Below are positions 29,151 to 37,865 of a stretch of DNA of 64,000 bases, piece by piece (within the stretch, counting starts at the first letter, position 1; every line of letters begins with the position of its first letter). The position numbers and the translations under genes were made by a program. The notes under the pieces were generated by a model. That model was not told where the DNA came from. It saw only the letters and a program-made list of their open reading frames with translations, and ran no database searches. Source of the DNA: an uncultured Chloroflexia bacterium. Its GTDB lineage: Bacteria; Chloroflexota; Limnocylindria; Limnocylindrales; CSP1-4. Location: assembly GCA_963742075.1 (NCBI GenBank), contig CAVUKR010000006.1:138727-202726 (forward strand), given 5' to 3'.

Positions 29151-30616
29151 CGCGCCGCGTCCTGCCCGAGGTCGCGCCGCAGGTCGTCGACCAGGCCATC
29201 GAGACCGATCCCGCGCGATGCCTTGACCAGGACGACGTCGCCGTCGCGCAATCGCGGCAGAAGCGCCTCGCGCGCACCCTCGACGGCACCGACCCGGACG
29301 ACCCGCGCCGGGTCGAGGCCTGCGGCGACCGCGCCGTCGGCGATGCCCCACGCACCGTCGCCGACCACCAGCAGCCAGTCGACCGTTCGCGCGGCCGCCT
29401 CGCCGACGACCCGATGCCCCTCGTCGCTCGCCTCGCCGAGCTCGAGCATCTCGCCGAGGACCGCCGCTCGCCGGCCCGGCAGTCCGGCCAGTAGCTCGAG
29501 CGCCGCCACCACCGAGCGCGGCGACGCGTTGTAGGAATCGTCGACGAGCGTCACGGCCCCCAGACGAACGAGCTGGGCCCGATGCGGCGCGGACCAGCCG
29601 CCGGCCAGGCCCGTCGCGATCTCGTCGAAGGTCAGGCCGGCGACGCGACCGACCGCGGCCGCCGCGAGCGCGTTGTGGACCGACAGGCGGCCGAGGGTCG
29701 GGATCGACAGTGGTCGACGGGCTCCTTCGGCCCGCAGCGTGAAACGCATCCCCTCGAGGCCGGCCGACGCGATCGCCTCGGCACCGACGTCGGCATCGTC
29801 GGCGAACCCGTAGGTGATGGCCCGTGCTGCGGAGCGGGCGGCCATCCGCCGGACGATCGGCTCGTCGGCGTTGAGGATCGCCGCACCATCCGGCGGCAGG
29901 GCCTCGAGCAGCTCACCCTTGGCAGCCTCGATCGCCTCGAGCGAGCCGATCCGCGCCAGGTGGACCGGCTGGACCGCCGTCACCACGCCGATCCGCGGTC
30001 GCGCGATCCGCGCCAGCTCGGCGATCTCGCCACCGACGTACATCCCCATCTCGAGGACCGCGGCCTCGTGCTCGGGCCCCAGTCGCAGCAGGGTCAGCGG
30101 GAGCCCGATCTCGTTGTTCTGGTTGCCCTCGTTGCGGAGCGTCCGGAAGCGGGCACCGAGGACAGCGGCGATGGCCTCCTTGGTCGAGGTCTTGGCGATG
30201 CTCCCCGTCACGCCGACGACGAGCGGATCGAACCGTCTGCGCCAGCCCGCCGCCAGGGCGCCGAGGGCCGCGAGCGGCTCCGCGACCCTGACGATGGTGA
30301 CGTCGCCCATCGCCGCCGGGTCGGCGACCGGACGCGCGATGATCAGTGCGGCCGCGCCGGCGGCGACCGCCTCGGCGAGATAGGCGTGGCCGTCGGTGCG
30401 CTCGCCGGGGAGGGCCACGAAGGACTCGCCCGGCCGGACCAGCCGGGAATCGACCGCCGCGCCGCGGATGGGTCGCTGCGACCGGGCGAGGAGCCGGCCC
30501 CCGGTCAGGCGGACCAGGTCGTCGGCCGTGAAGGCGGGCGCCGGGGACGGCCCCGGAACCGGGGTCGACGGGTCGACGTCGGTCACGGCTGGCAGTGTGG
30601 CACAGGCCGTGCTCAC
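29147..30616 (-). CDS. murF: UDP-N-acetylmuramoyl-tripeptide--D-alanyl-D-alanine ligase
   Basis: Intact 489 aa with MurF motifs (TGSIAKTSTKE, NQNNEIGLP, DDSYNASP, GEMLELGE). Confidence 0.9.
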   Translation of the reverse strand: MSTACATLPAVTDVDPSTPVPGPSPAPAFTADDLVRLTGGRLLARSQRPIRGAAVDSRLVRPGESFVALPGERTDGHAYLAEAVAAGAAALIIARPVADPAAMGDVTIVRVAEPLAALGALAAGWRRRFDPLVVGVTGSIAKTSTKEAIAAVLGARFRTLRNEGNQNNEIGLPLTLLRLGPEHEAAVLEMGMYVGGEIAELARIARPRIGVVTAVQPVHLARIGSLEAIEAAKGELLEALPPDGAAILNADEPIVRRMAARSAARAITYGFADDADVGAEAIASAGLEGMRFTLRAEGARRPLSIPTLGRLSVHNALAAAAVGRVAGLTFDEIATGLAGGWSAPHRAQLVRLGAVTLVDDSYNASPRSVVAALELLAGLPGRRAAVLGEMLELGEASDEGHRVVGEAAARTVDWLLVVGDGAWGIADGAVAAGLDPARVVRVGAVEGAREALLPRLRDGDVVLVKASRGIGLDGLVDDLRRDLGQDAAR

Positions 30617-32448
30617 CGGTCCGGGGACGTGGCCAGGGTCGCCGGACGCTCGCGCAGGAGGTCGGGGGTGGTGATCGCGTCGGTGGCGATGCGCCGGAAG
30701 AGCTCGAAGGACATCACCGGCATCTCGATGTGGCCGATCCTCAGGACCGTCGGCGTGCCCTCCTCGATCTGGATCGCCACCACGAGGTCCGGGACGCCCG
30801 TCTGGCGGCCGATGTAGCCGACGAACGAGTAGTTGAACAGGTTGTCCTTCCAGGCGCCGTGGCCGTTGTTCGCCTTCGGATCCCAGATCTGGGCCGTCCC
30901 CGTCTTGCCGCCGACGTCATAACCCGGGACGAGCGTCCGGTCGCGATAGAACGGGACCTCGGTGATGACGTGCTCCATCATCTTCACCAGCGTCTGCGAG
31001 ACGCTCGGATCGACGGCGCCGGTCGACCGTGGCTGGACCGACAGGTCGCGGTCGCCGATCGCCTTGACGACGTGCGGCTGGACGACCGTTCCGCCATTTG
31101 CCAGCGCCGAGTACGCCATCGCCAGCTGGATCGGCGTGACCGCGACCCCCTGTCCGAAGGCACCGTTGGCGAGGTCGATCTGACGCCACGGCGTGATCCC
31201 CGGGTCGCGCACGAGGCCGCCGACCTCGCCGGCGACGTCGATCCCGGTCGGCTGCCCGTAGCCGAGGCGGAGCCACATGGCATGCAGGATCGAGGACGAC
31301 TCCTGGGTGGTCTTGCCGAGCCCGAGGGCGACCTTGGCCGCGACGACGTTGCGGGAGTAGGCGACGCCGTCCTGGAACGTCATCCAGCCCATCCCCTTGC
31401 GGTCGGCGTCGTCGATCTTGGTCTTGCCGTTGTCGAGCCGGAGCATGCCGACGTCCTTGACCCGGGTCAGCGGCGTGACGGTGCCGTTCGTCAGGGCGGC
31501 CGCCGCAGTCATCATCTTGAAGACGGATCCGGGCTCGTAGACGCTGGCCACGACGGGGTCGATGAAGCGCGACGGGTCCGATGCGGCGATCGCCTGGTAA
31601 TCGTTCCCGTCGTAGGAGGGGTAGGTCGCCATGGCGTAGACCTCACCCGTGTACGGGTCCATCACCACGGCCGACGCGCTCTTGGCCCTGTCGGCGATCC
31701 AGGCTGCGAGCAGCTCCTGCTCGACACGCAGCTGGAGGCCCGCGTCGATGGTCAGGGTGAGGTCGGTCCCGGGCTGGCCGGGCTGGGTGACCATCGCATC
31801 GTCGAGGATCGGCAGGCCGCTCGCATCGCGCTCCGCGACGACGATCCGCGGCTGGCCGGCGAGCGTCGACTGGTATTCCTGCTCGACGCCGTACTGTCCA
31901 CCACCCTCGCGGTTGACGAACCCGAGCAGGTGAGCGGCAAGGCTCGAGCCGGGACCGCCACCGACCTGCGGATAGACCCGGACGGGCTCCGGCTCGAGCG
32001 AGACGGCGAAGATGTCCTTGGTGGCGATCGCTGCCCGGATCTGGTCGCCGACGGCGCGGTCCAGGTCGTGGCGCAGGATGACGTACTTGGCCCCGCCAGT
32101 CAGCTTGTCGCGCAACGCCATCGTGCCGGCGTCGTCGAGTCCGAGGATCCCGGCGAGCGTCGTCACGGTCTGCTGGCGCTGTTGCAGGTTCATCTGGTCG
32201 GGCGCCCCGACGAGGCGTTCGCGCTGGACGGTCGTCGCCAGCACGACGGTCCCGGTGCGGTCGTAGATCTCACCACGCTTGCTCGGCGTGTCGAGCGTGA
32301 TCGTCGTCTGTACGAGCGCCTGGGCAGCGAGCCGGTCGCGGTCGACCACCTGCCAGTAGGCCAGTCGCGCCGCCAGGGCGAATGAACCGACGACGAAGAT
32401 CATGAGCAGGAAGAGGAGCCGGCGGCGCGAGTCGGTACGGCCCAGCAT
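30613..32448 (-). CDS. ftsI: Penicillin-binding protein 3-like transpeptidase (FtsI)
   Basis: Intact 611 aa with an N-terminal TM anchor, PBP dimerisation domain and SVFK / SRN / KTG transpeptidase motifs. Confidence 0.9.
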   Translation of the reverse strand: MLGRTDSRRRLLFLLMIFVVGSFALAARLAYWQVVDRDRLAAQALVQTTITLDTPSKRGEIYDRTGTVVLATTVQRERLVGAPDQMNLQQRQQTVTTLAGILGLDDAGTMALRDKLTGGAKYVILRHDLDRAVGDQIRAAIATKDIFAVSLEPEPVRVYPQVGGGPGSSLAAHLLGFVNREGGGQYGVEQEYQSTLAGQPRIVVAERDASGLPILDDAMVTQPGQPGTDLTLTIDAGLQLRVEQELLAAWIADRAKSASAVVMDPYTGEVYAMATYPSYDGNDYQAIAASDPSRFIDPVVASVYEPGSVFKMMTAAAALTNGTVTPLTRVKDVGMLRLDNGKTKIDDADRKGMGWMTFQDGVAYSRNVVAAKVALGLGKTTQESSSILHAMWLRLGYGQPTGIDVAGEVGGLVRDPGITPWRQIDLANGAFGQGVAVTPIQLAMAYSALANGGTVVQPHVVKAIGDRDLSVQPRSTGAVDPSVSQTLVKMMEHVITEVPFYRDRTLVPGYDVGGKTGTAQIWDPKANNGHGAWKDNLFNYSFVGYIGRQTGVPDLVVAIQIEEGTPTVLRIGHIEMPVMSFELFRRIATDAITTPDLLRERPATLATSPDR

Positions 32449-32463
32449 GGCTTGGTCGATCGT

Positions 32464-32844
32464 CTAGCGCGGCGTCAGGATGATCGGGTCGGACAGCTGC
32501 CCGAGACCCGCGTCGAGGGCCTGCTTGCGGATCGCCGGCTCGCGGCCGAGCCGGTTGAGGTCCGAGCGGATGTCGGCCGCATCGGCGTCGAGATCCTGCC
32601 GCTCCAGCTCGAGCCGCCCGATGTCGAGCCCGGTCGCCGAGACGCGGACCTGCTGGGCGAGCGAGAAGAACGCGAGCATGAACGCCACCACGATCGCCCC
32701 GAGGACCAACCCGAGCCGGTTCGTCCGGCGTCCGGCACGGAACGCGGCGCGGACGCGACGTCGGTCGAGGGTCGGGCCCTCGGCGATGCGCCGGGACCGC
32801 GGCAACCCGATCGTGCGGGGACGGGCACCCTCGTAGACGGCCAT
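32464..32844 (-). CDS. ftsL: FtsL-like cell division protein (septum formation initiator)
   Basis: 126 aa with a single TM segment (LGLVLGAIVVAFMLAFF) and a coiled-coil-like periplasmic part, positioned between rsmH and ftsI. Confidence 0.55.
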   Translation of the reverse strand: MAVYEGARPRTIGLPRSRRIAEGPTLDRRRVRAAFRAGRRTNRLGLVLGAIVVAFMLAFFSLAQQVRVSATGLDIGRLELERQDLDADAADIRSDLNRLGREPAIRKQALDAGLGQLSDPIILTPR

Positions 32845-32847
32845 CGC

Positions 32848-33045
32848 TCAGTCGCCGAGCGCGAAGCGGATGCGTGGACTGCGCGGGTCGAGGAATCCGA
32901 GCGGGTCGGCCTGCCCGGCCGGCCCCCAATCCCCGAGCTCGAGCTCGAAGCCCTCGCTGTGCTGGCCGCGGTCCTGCCGCTCGCGCACCTCGTGCTGGCG
33001 GCGCCCGTAGGTCTTGCGACGGCTGGACGTATGACGCTTGCTCAT
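32848..33045 (-). CDS. Small basic hypothetical protein
   Basis: 65-aa ORF packed tightly between rsmH and ftsL with no recognisable domain; weak call. Confidence 0.3.
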   Translation of the reverse strand: MSKRHTSSRRKTYGRRQHEVRERQDRGQHSEGFELELGDWGPAGQADPLGFLDPRSPRIRFALGD

Positions 33046-33072
33046 CTTGGGCTCCTCCTTCCGGTGCTGGGG

Positions 33073-34071
33073 CTAGGCGGCGAGACGCTCGGCGGCCCGC
33101 AGGCGGGCGCTCCGAGCTCTGGGATTTGCGGCGATCTCCGCATCGCTCGGGGTGATCGACGGGTTGGTCACGAGACGCAGGCGCGGGTTCCGGCCGCAGA
33201 CGCAGACCGGGACCTCCGGCGGGCAGACGCAGCCGCGCCGCTCTGCCTGGAAGAAGCGCTTGACGATCCGGTCCTCGAGTGAGTGGTAGCTCAGGACGAC
33301 GAGGCGGCCGCCGGGCCGGAGCAGGTCGAGGGCGGCGGCCAGACCGGCCTGCAATGCCTCGAGCTCCTCGTTGACCGCGATCCGCAGCGCCTGGAAGACA
33401 CGGGTCGCCGGATGCGTCCGGCGACGAAGGCGTGGGTTGGGCGGCGCGACGCGTTCGACGAGCGCGGCGAGTTCCTCGGCGGTCGTCACGGGCGCGACCC
33501 GTCGTGCCTCGACGATCGCGCGGGCGATCCGCGGTGCCTTGGGTTCCTCGCCATACCGGCGGAACAGGGCGGTCAGCTCGGTCGTGTCGAGGGTCGACAG
33601 AAGCTCCGCGGCCGGGACACCCCTGCTCGTGTCGAAGCGCATGTCGAGCGGCCCGCCGGCCCGGAAGCCGAAGCCGCGATCGGTGTCGGCCAGCTGGTAG
33701 CTCGACAACCCGAGATCGAACAGGCAGCCGTCCACCGCGCTGAAGCCGGCCGCCGGCGCCACGGTCGCGAGGTCGCCGAAGTTCGCCTGGCGAAGGATGA
33801 GCCGATCGCCGAACCGCGGACGGAGCCGCGCCTCGACCCGGGCGATCGCCGCCGGATCGGCGTCGAGCCCGAGGAGGCGACCGTCGGGGTTGGCGGCCTC
33901 CAGGATCCGCTCGGTGTGCCCACCGCCGCCCAGGGTGGCGTCGATGTGAAGGCTGCCGGCGACCGGGGCGAGCATCTCGATGACCTCGTCCAACAGCACC
34001 GGCAGGTGCCCTTCGTCCATCTTTCCTCCATCCCGAACGAATCGGATCCCGAGCGGATCCTGGAAGCGCAT
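33073..34071 (-). CDS. rsmH: 16S rRNA (cytosine1402-N4)-methyltransferase RsmH (MraW)
   Basis: HLPVLLDEVIEML...GGGGHTERIL...SYHSLEDRIVKRFF. The start is at M99 (34071) or M116 (34020) of the annotated ORF, whose N-terminus overlaps mraZ. Confidence 0.85.
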   Translation of the reverse strand: MRFQDPLGIRFVRDGGKMDEGHLPVLLDEVIEMLAPVAGSLHIDATLGGGGHTERILEAANPDGRLLGLDADPAAIARVEARLRPRFGDRLILRQANFGDLATVAPAAGFSAVDGCLFDLGLSSYQLADTDRGFGFRAGGPLDMRFDTSRGVPAAELLSTLDTTELTALFRRYGEEPKAPRIARAIVEARRVAPVTTAEELAALVERVAPPNPRLRRRTHPATRVFQALRIAVNEELEALQAGLAAALDLLRPGGRLVVLSYHSLEDRIVKRFFQAERRGCVCPPEVPVCVCGRNPRLRLVTNPSITPSDAEIAANPRARSARLRAAERLAA

Positions 34072-34081
34072 GTGGTGGGAG

Positions 34082-34510
34082 CTAGATCCCGAGGCCCTGG
34101 AAGGCCCGGGTGAGCTCCTGCGGGTCATCGAGCGTCCTTCGGTAGACCTCCCACCGATCCGGCGCCCAGATCTCTGCGTGATCGCGCGAGCCGACGAGCA
34201 CGGCCTCGCCGACGAGCCCGACCGTCTCGCGCAGGATGGCCGGGAGCAGGACGCGTCCCTGCTTGTCCATCTCGCCTTCGACGGCGCGGGAGAACACGAA
34301 GCGCTGGAAGCGCCGCGCCAGCTCGTCGGTGATCGGCAGCGCGGCGATCTTGGCCGACAGCTCATCGAACCCGGTCTTCGTGTGGATCGCCAGGCAGTCG
34401 TCGAGCCAGCCCGAGATCATCCATCCCGGGTCGAGCTGCGCGCGGAACTTGACCGGGACGGCGATGCGCCCCTTGTCGTCCACCGTGTGCCGGTACTCGC
34501 CGGTGAACAC
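34082..34510 (-). CDS. mraZ: Division/cell wall cluster transcriptional regulator MraZ
   Basis: 142 aa with duplicated DxxxR modules (DDKGRIAVPVKFR, DKQGRVLLPAILR). Confidence 0.9.
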   Translation of the reverse strand: MFTGEYRHTVDDKGRIAVPVKFRAQLDPGWMISGWLDDCLAIHTKTGFDELSAKIAALPITDELARRFQRFVFSRAVEGEMDKQGRVLLPAILRETVGLVGEAVLVGSRDHAEIWAPDRWEVYRRTLDDPQELTRAFQGLGI

Positions 34511-34559
34511 TTGTCGGGTCTACCCCTGGTCGTCTTGGCCTGGGCGGTCGAGGGGCCTG

Positions 34560-34600
34560 GGATTCCCCACTTCGTACCACTTTGTGCCACTTCACTGCAT
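34560..34600 (-). promoter_or_regulatory. Putative MraZ operator: three direct GTGG repeats with 10-bp periodicity, upstream of mraZ
   Basis: Minus strand reads GTGGcacaaaGTGGtacgaaGTGGggaatc, 50-80 nt upstream of the mraZ start. This resembles the TGGGN direct-repeat MraZ boxes of other bacteria. Confidence 0.45.
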
Positions 34601-34697
34601 TCTAGCGGCGAAACGGCGCACGTCAAGGCGAATCGCGCAGGGTTCGTGCTGGGGTGCCCGTGCGGACCGATCGGGGCGCGGAGTGCGAGGAGGTCGG

Positions 34698-35579
34698 CTA
34701 CCGCGTCGGCGTCGGGATCCGCAGGTCGTGCCCGATGGCGAGGCCGTTCTTCGTCCACGGGTTCATCGCCAGGACCTTCGAGAGCGACACGCCGAAGTAG
34801 TTGGCGATGCTGGACAGGTTGTCACCCCGCCGGACGACGTAGATGTAGCAGTTCGATGCGTCGGGGCAGGGCTTCAGCAGTGCCAAACGGCTCGACGTCG
34901 GCGCGGCCGACGATGTCGGTGTCGCGGTCGGTGTCGCGGTCGGCGTCGGGGTCGGGCTGGAGGTCGCGGTCGCGGTCGGCGTCGGTGTCGGGCTGGGCGT
35001 CGGGCTCGGTGACGCCGCGGGCAGCGGGGTCGGTGACGGCGCGGCCGTCGCAACCGGGGCCGCGGTGGACGGCGGGGTCGCGACGTCGCCCAGGACGCTG
35101 CCCGCGGGCGACGACGTCGGAGCCGCGGCGCTCAGGACGAGTCCCCCGTTCGCGATGACGAAGGCGAGCGACACCGCGAAGGCGAGCGCGAACACCACGA
35201 GCGCCCCCGCGGTGGCTCTCGTCACGGCCCGCGGCACACGGACGCGCTCGACCGGTTCGGGGGCGCCGAGCGACCCGCGAAGATAGCGCGGGCAGTTGAC
35301 GTGGCCGCTGGACAGGCAGACGAGCTCCTGCTGGCGCAGCGACTGCGGGACCGGCTCGTGCATCGCGGCACAGCGATTGGCCGGATCGGGCGACTCGATC
35401 GGAGGGCCGAGGGCATCATCGTCGTCGAGCGCTCGGAGGAAGGGGCAGACCCAGACGTTCGGCGATCGGTCCTCGCCGGCGGCCGCCGGACGCGTCCCGT
35501 CGATCGCCGCGGTGGCCCCGGGATCGACCGGCTGCGTCGTGACGGGCAGCGGGGAACCCTCCACCGGATCGTCGTGCAC
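34698..35579 (-). CDS. LysM domain-containing membrane protein with a Cys4 N-terminal domain and a Pro/Thr-rich linker
   Basis: C-terminal LysM (YIYVVRRGDNLSSIANYFGVSLSKVLAMNPW). The linker is TPTPTATATSSPTPTPTATPTATPT. There is a TM helix, and the N-terminus carries 4 Cys (CPF...C...C...CPRY). Confidence 0.7.
   Translation of the reverse strand: MHDDPVEGSPLPVTTQPVDPGATAAIDGTRPAAAGEDRSPNVWVCPFLRALDDDDALGPPIESPDPANRCAAMHEPVPQSLRQQELVCLSSGHVNCPRYLRGSLGAPEPVERVRVPRAVTRATAGALVVFALAFAVSLAFVIANGGLVLSAAAPTSSPAGSVLGDVATPPSTAAPVATAAPSPTPLPAASPSPTPSPTPTPTATATSSPTPTPTATPTATPTSSAAPTSSRLALLKPCPDASNCYIYVVRRGDNLSSIANYFGVSLSKVLAMNPWTKNGLAIGHDLRIPTPTR
34885..35010. repeat. Imperfect tandem GTCGG(T/C)GTCG(C/G)G nucleotide repeats encoding the PT-rich linker
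   Basis: Visible as repeated gtcggtgtcgcggtcggcgtcggggtcggg units inside the LysM gene. Confidence 0.4.
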
Positions 35580-35728
35580 GCGCCCTCCGTCTGAGCCCCG
35601 TGGGTGGAACGGCGCGGAGTCTAGTACCTTTCGCGTGTTGCCGTGGGCCGGGGGCCGATGCTAGGCTCCAGCGCCAGAGTCGACCGGACCATCCGTTCGA
35701 CCGTGGGACGCGAGGCTCATACACGCAC

Positions 35729-35971
35729 ATGGCGCTCCCGCTGCCGATCATCCCGCCACAACCGGACGCCTTCCACCTGGCGCCCCACCGGATCAAGCGC
35801 TGCACGTTCCGCCGCCTGATCAACGTGGAGTTGGGCGCGGAGCGGGTCTACGACGTCGAGTGCCTCTACCCGGACCGCAAGGTCCCGATCCCCCTCGGCG
35901 ACCTCGAGGCGGCGACCCCGATCTGCAACGCGTGTGTCGCCCCGCACACCTTCCGCCCCGACGAGGACTGA
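35729..35971 (+). CDS. Small Cys4 protein (possible zinc-ribbon-like), hypothetical
   Basis: 80 aa from MALPLPIIPP with a C...C...CxxC spacing. The ORF upstream of this Met (35600..) looks like non-coding translation. Confidence 0.35.
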   Translation: MALPLPIIPPQPDAFHLAPHRIKRCTFRRLINVELGAERVYDVECLYPDRKVPIPLGDLEAATPICNACVAPHTFRPDED

Positions 35972-36003
35972 CCGTCCCACGACAAAGTCGCCCTGATCAG
36001 ACG

Positions 36004-36390
36004 AGGGTGTCAGCGAGGCGGTCTGTAAGCCGAGTTCTGTCCCATGTCGCCTTGCGACGCCACGGGGATGGCCATCCATCTGGGGCCGCCGGTCGCCCGA
36101 CGGCTCATGCGGCCGACCCGAGGGCTGGGCAGCGCACCTCTCCCTCGCCGACGGTCGCCCGCCCGCGAGTTGCGCCCTCCTATTTGGCCTTGCTCCGGGT
36201 GGAGTTTGCCCGTTTCACTCCGGTCGTCGGCTTGCGCCGCCGGCCGGCATCGTCACTGTGGCACTGGTCCTCGCCTCACGGCGGGCGGGCGTTACCCGCC
36301 ACCCTGCGCTGCGGAGCTCGGACTTTCCTCACGCCGCGCGACGGGTTTCCCCATCGTCGACGCGCAGCCATCCGACCGCCTCGCTGACCC
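36004..36390 (-). ncRNA. rnpB: RNase P RNA (bacterial type A)
   Basis: Minus strand contains GAGGAAAGTCCGAGCTCC (P4 5' strand), CCACCCGGAGCAAGGCCAAATAGG and ACAGAACTCGGCTTA (P4 3' strand). P1 is formed by gtcagcgaggcggtcgg (5') pairing with cagaccgcctcgctgac (3'). Confidence 0.85.
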
Positions 36391-36484
36391 GACCATCGTA
36401 CGCGTCCCGACGTCAGGTGGGTCCCGGGTCGTCTGGGCAGGCCGGCTGGATCGCCTGGCGGCCCGCCGTCCGATCGGAGGCCGT

Positions 36485-37024
36485 TCAGCCGGGCGGCCGC
36501 CGGACGACGGACGCCGGCCCGCCCGCCGCGACCCGGTCGATGGCCTCGTTGGCCAGCGCGTCCGCGACCTTGTTGAGCGCGCGTGGGACGTGGGCGGCGG
36601 ACCAGCGATCGAACCCGGTCAGCGTCGTGCGAGCGGCCGTCCAGAGCGGGATGAGCTTGGCGTCCTTGACCCGCCAGCGCCCGGCGAGCTGTTCCACGAT
36701 CAGCTTCGAGTCGAGCAGCAGATGGACCTCGCGGGCGCCCAGCTCGCTCGCGAGATCGAGCGCCCGGACGACGCCGGTGTACTCGGCCACGTTGTTGGTC
36801 TGGATCCCGAGGTAGTCGGAGATCGAGGCGTCCGGGACCGCCCGGTCGTCGCGGGCGTCGGGGCGGGCGAGGTCGAACAGCGCGGCGCCCAGCGATGCCG
36901 GACCCGGGTTGCCCCGCGCCGCGCCATCGGTGCGAATGACGAACCCGCGCGTGCGGCCGGCGACCGGCGCGACCGCCTCCTCCCCCGGCTCACGCTCGAG
37001 CTCGGGGAAGAACGGCTCGCTCAA
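36485..37024 (-). CDS. rnhA: Ribonuclease H (RNase HI family)
   Basis: 179 aa with the RNase H fold signature (GFVIRTDGAARGNPGPA...NNVAEYTGVVRAL...DSKLIV). Overlaps the sdhB stop by 4 nt. Confidence 0.8.
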   Translation of the reverse strand: MSEPFFPELEREPGEEAVAPVAGRTRGFVIRTDGAARGNPGPASLGAALFDLARPDARDDRAVPDASISDYLGIQTNNVAEYTGVVRALDLASELGAREVHLLLDSKLIVEQLAGRWRVKDAKLIPLWTAARTTLTGFDRWSAAHVPRALNKVADALANEAIDRVAAGGPASVVRRPPG

Positions 37025-37851
37025 TCCGCCTCCCGGCCGGGTCCCGGCTTGGGCGGGGCCGCGTCACCCTGGAGGACCGGCAACTCGACCTTCGGGCCCG
37101 ACCCGGAGCCGCCGCCTCGAAGCTTGCGCCATGCCCACTGGAGCGGGTCGTAGTACGCATCGGCGACGCGTTCCTTGAGCGGGATGATGGCGTTGTCGGT
37201 GATGCGGATGTGCTCCGGGCAGACGTCGGTGCAGCACTTCGTGATGTTGCAGTAGCCGATGCCGCCGCTCTCCTTGAGATACTCGCGGCGGTCCGCCTGG
37301 TCGATCGGATGCATCTCGAGACCGGCCGAACGGACCAGGTAGCGCGGCCCCATGAACGGCTGCTCGGTCTCGTGGTTGCGCAGGACGTGGCAGACGTCCT
37401 GGCACAGGAAGCACTCGATGCACTTGCGGTACTCCTGGACCCGCTCGATGTCCTCCTGCTGCCATCGCCAGTCCTCCTGTGGGACGTCGTCGGGCGGCGT
37501 GAACGGCTGGATGGTCTTGTTGACCTCGTAGTTCCAGGACACATCGGTGACGAGGTCACGGAGCAGCGGGAATGCACGCATCGGCTCGACCGTGATCGTC
37601 CGTTCGAGGTCGAAGTCCGACAGCCGTGTCTTGCACAACAGGCTCGGCCGCCCGTCCACCTCGGCGCTGCACGAACCGCATTTCGCGGCCTTGCAGTTCC
37701 AGCGCACGGCGAGGTCGGGCGCCTCGTGGCCCTGGACCCAGTGGAGTGCGTCGAGGACGACCATCCCCTCCTCGACCGGGACGTCGAAGGCGTCGAACCG
37801 ACCCTCCTCGCCGGGGCTGCCGCGGAAGACCCGCAGATGTGCGTCTGGCAT
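37021..37851 (-). CDS. sdhB: Succinate dehydrogenase iron-sulfur subunit
   Basis: Contains the 2Fe-2S, 4Fe-4S and 3Fe-4S cysteine clusters (CKAAKCGSC, CIECFLCQDVC, CTDVCP). Confidence 0.9.
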   Translation of the reverse strand: MPDAHLRVFRGSPGEEGRFDAFDVPVEEGMVVLDALHWVQGHEAPDLAVRWNCKAAKCGSCSAEVDGRPSLLCKTRLSDFDLERTITVEPMRAFPLLRDLVTDVSWNYEVNKTIQPFTPPDDVPQEDWRWQQEDIERVQEYRKCIECFLCQDVCHVLRNHETEQPFMGPRYLVRSAGLEMHPIDQADRREYLKESGGIGYCNITKCCTDVCPEHIRITDNAIIPLKERVADAYYDPLQWAWRKLRGGGSGSGPKVELPVLQGDAAPPKPGPGREAD

Positions 37852-37865
37852 CGGTCCCTTCCTCG

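Noticed and set aside
35860-36815. ORFs 35860..36387, 36044..37153, 36258..36815 and 35717..36079
   Set aside because: They overlap the RNase P RNA gene and the rnhA gene in other frames or strands. The region is explained by rnpB.
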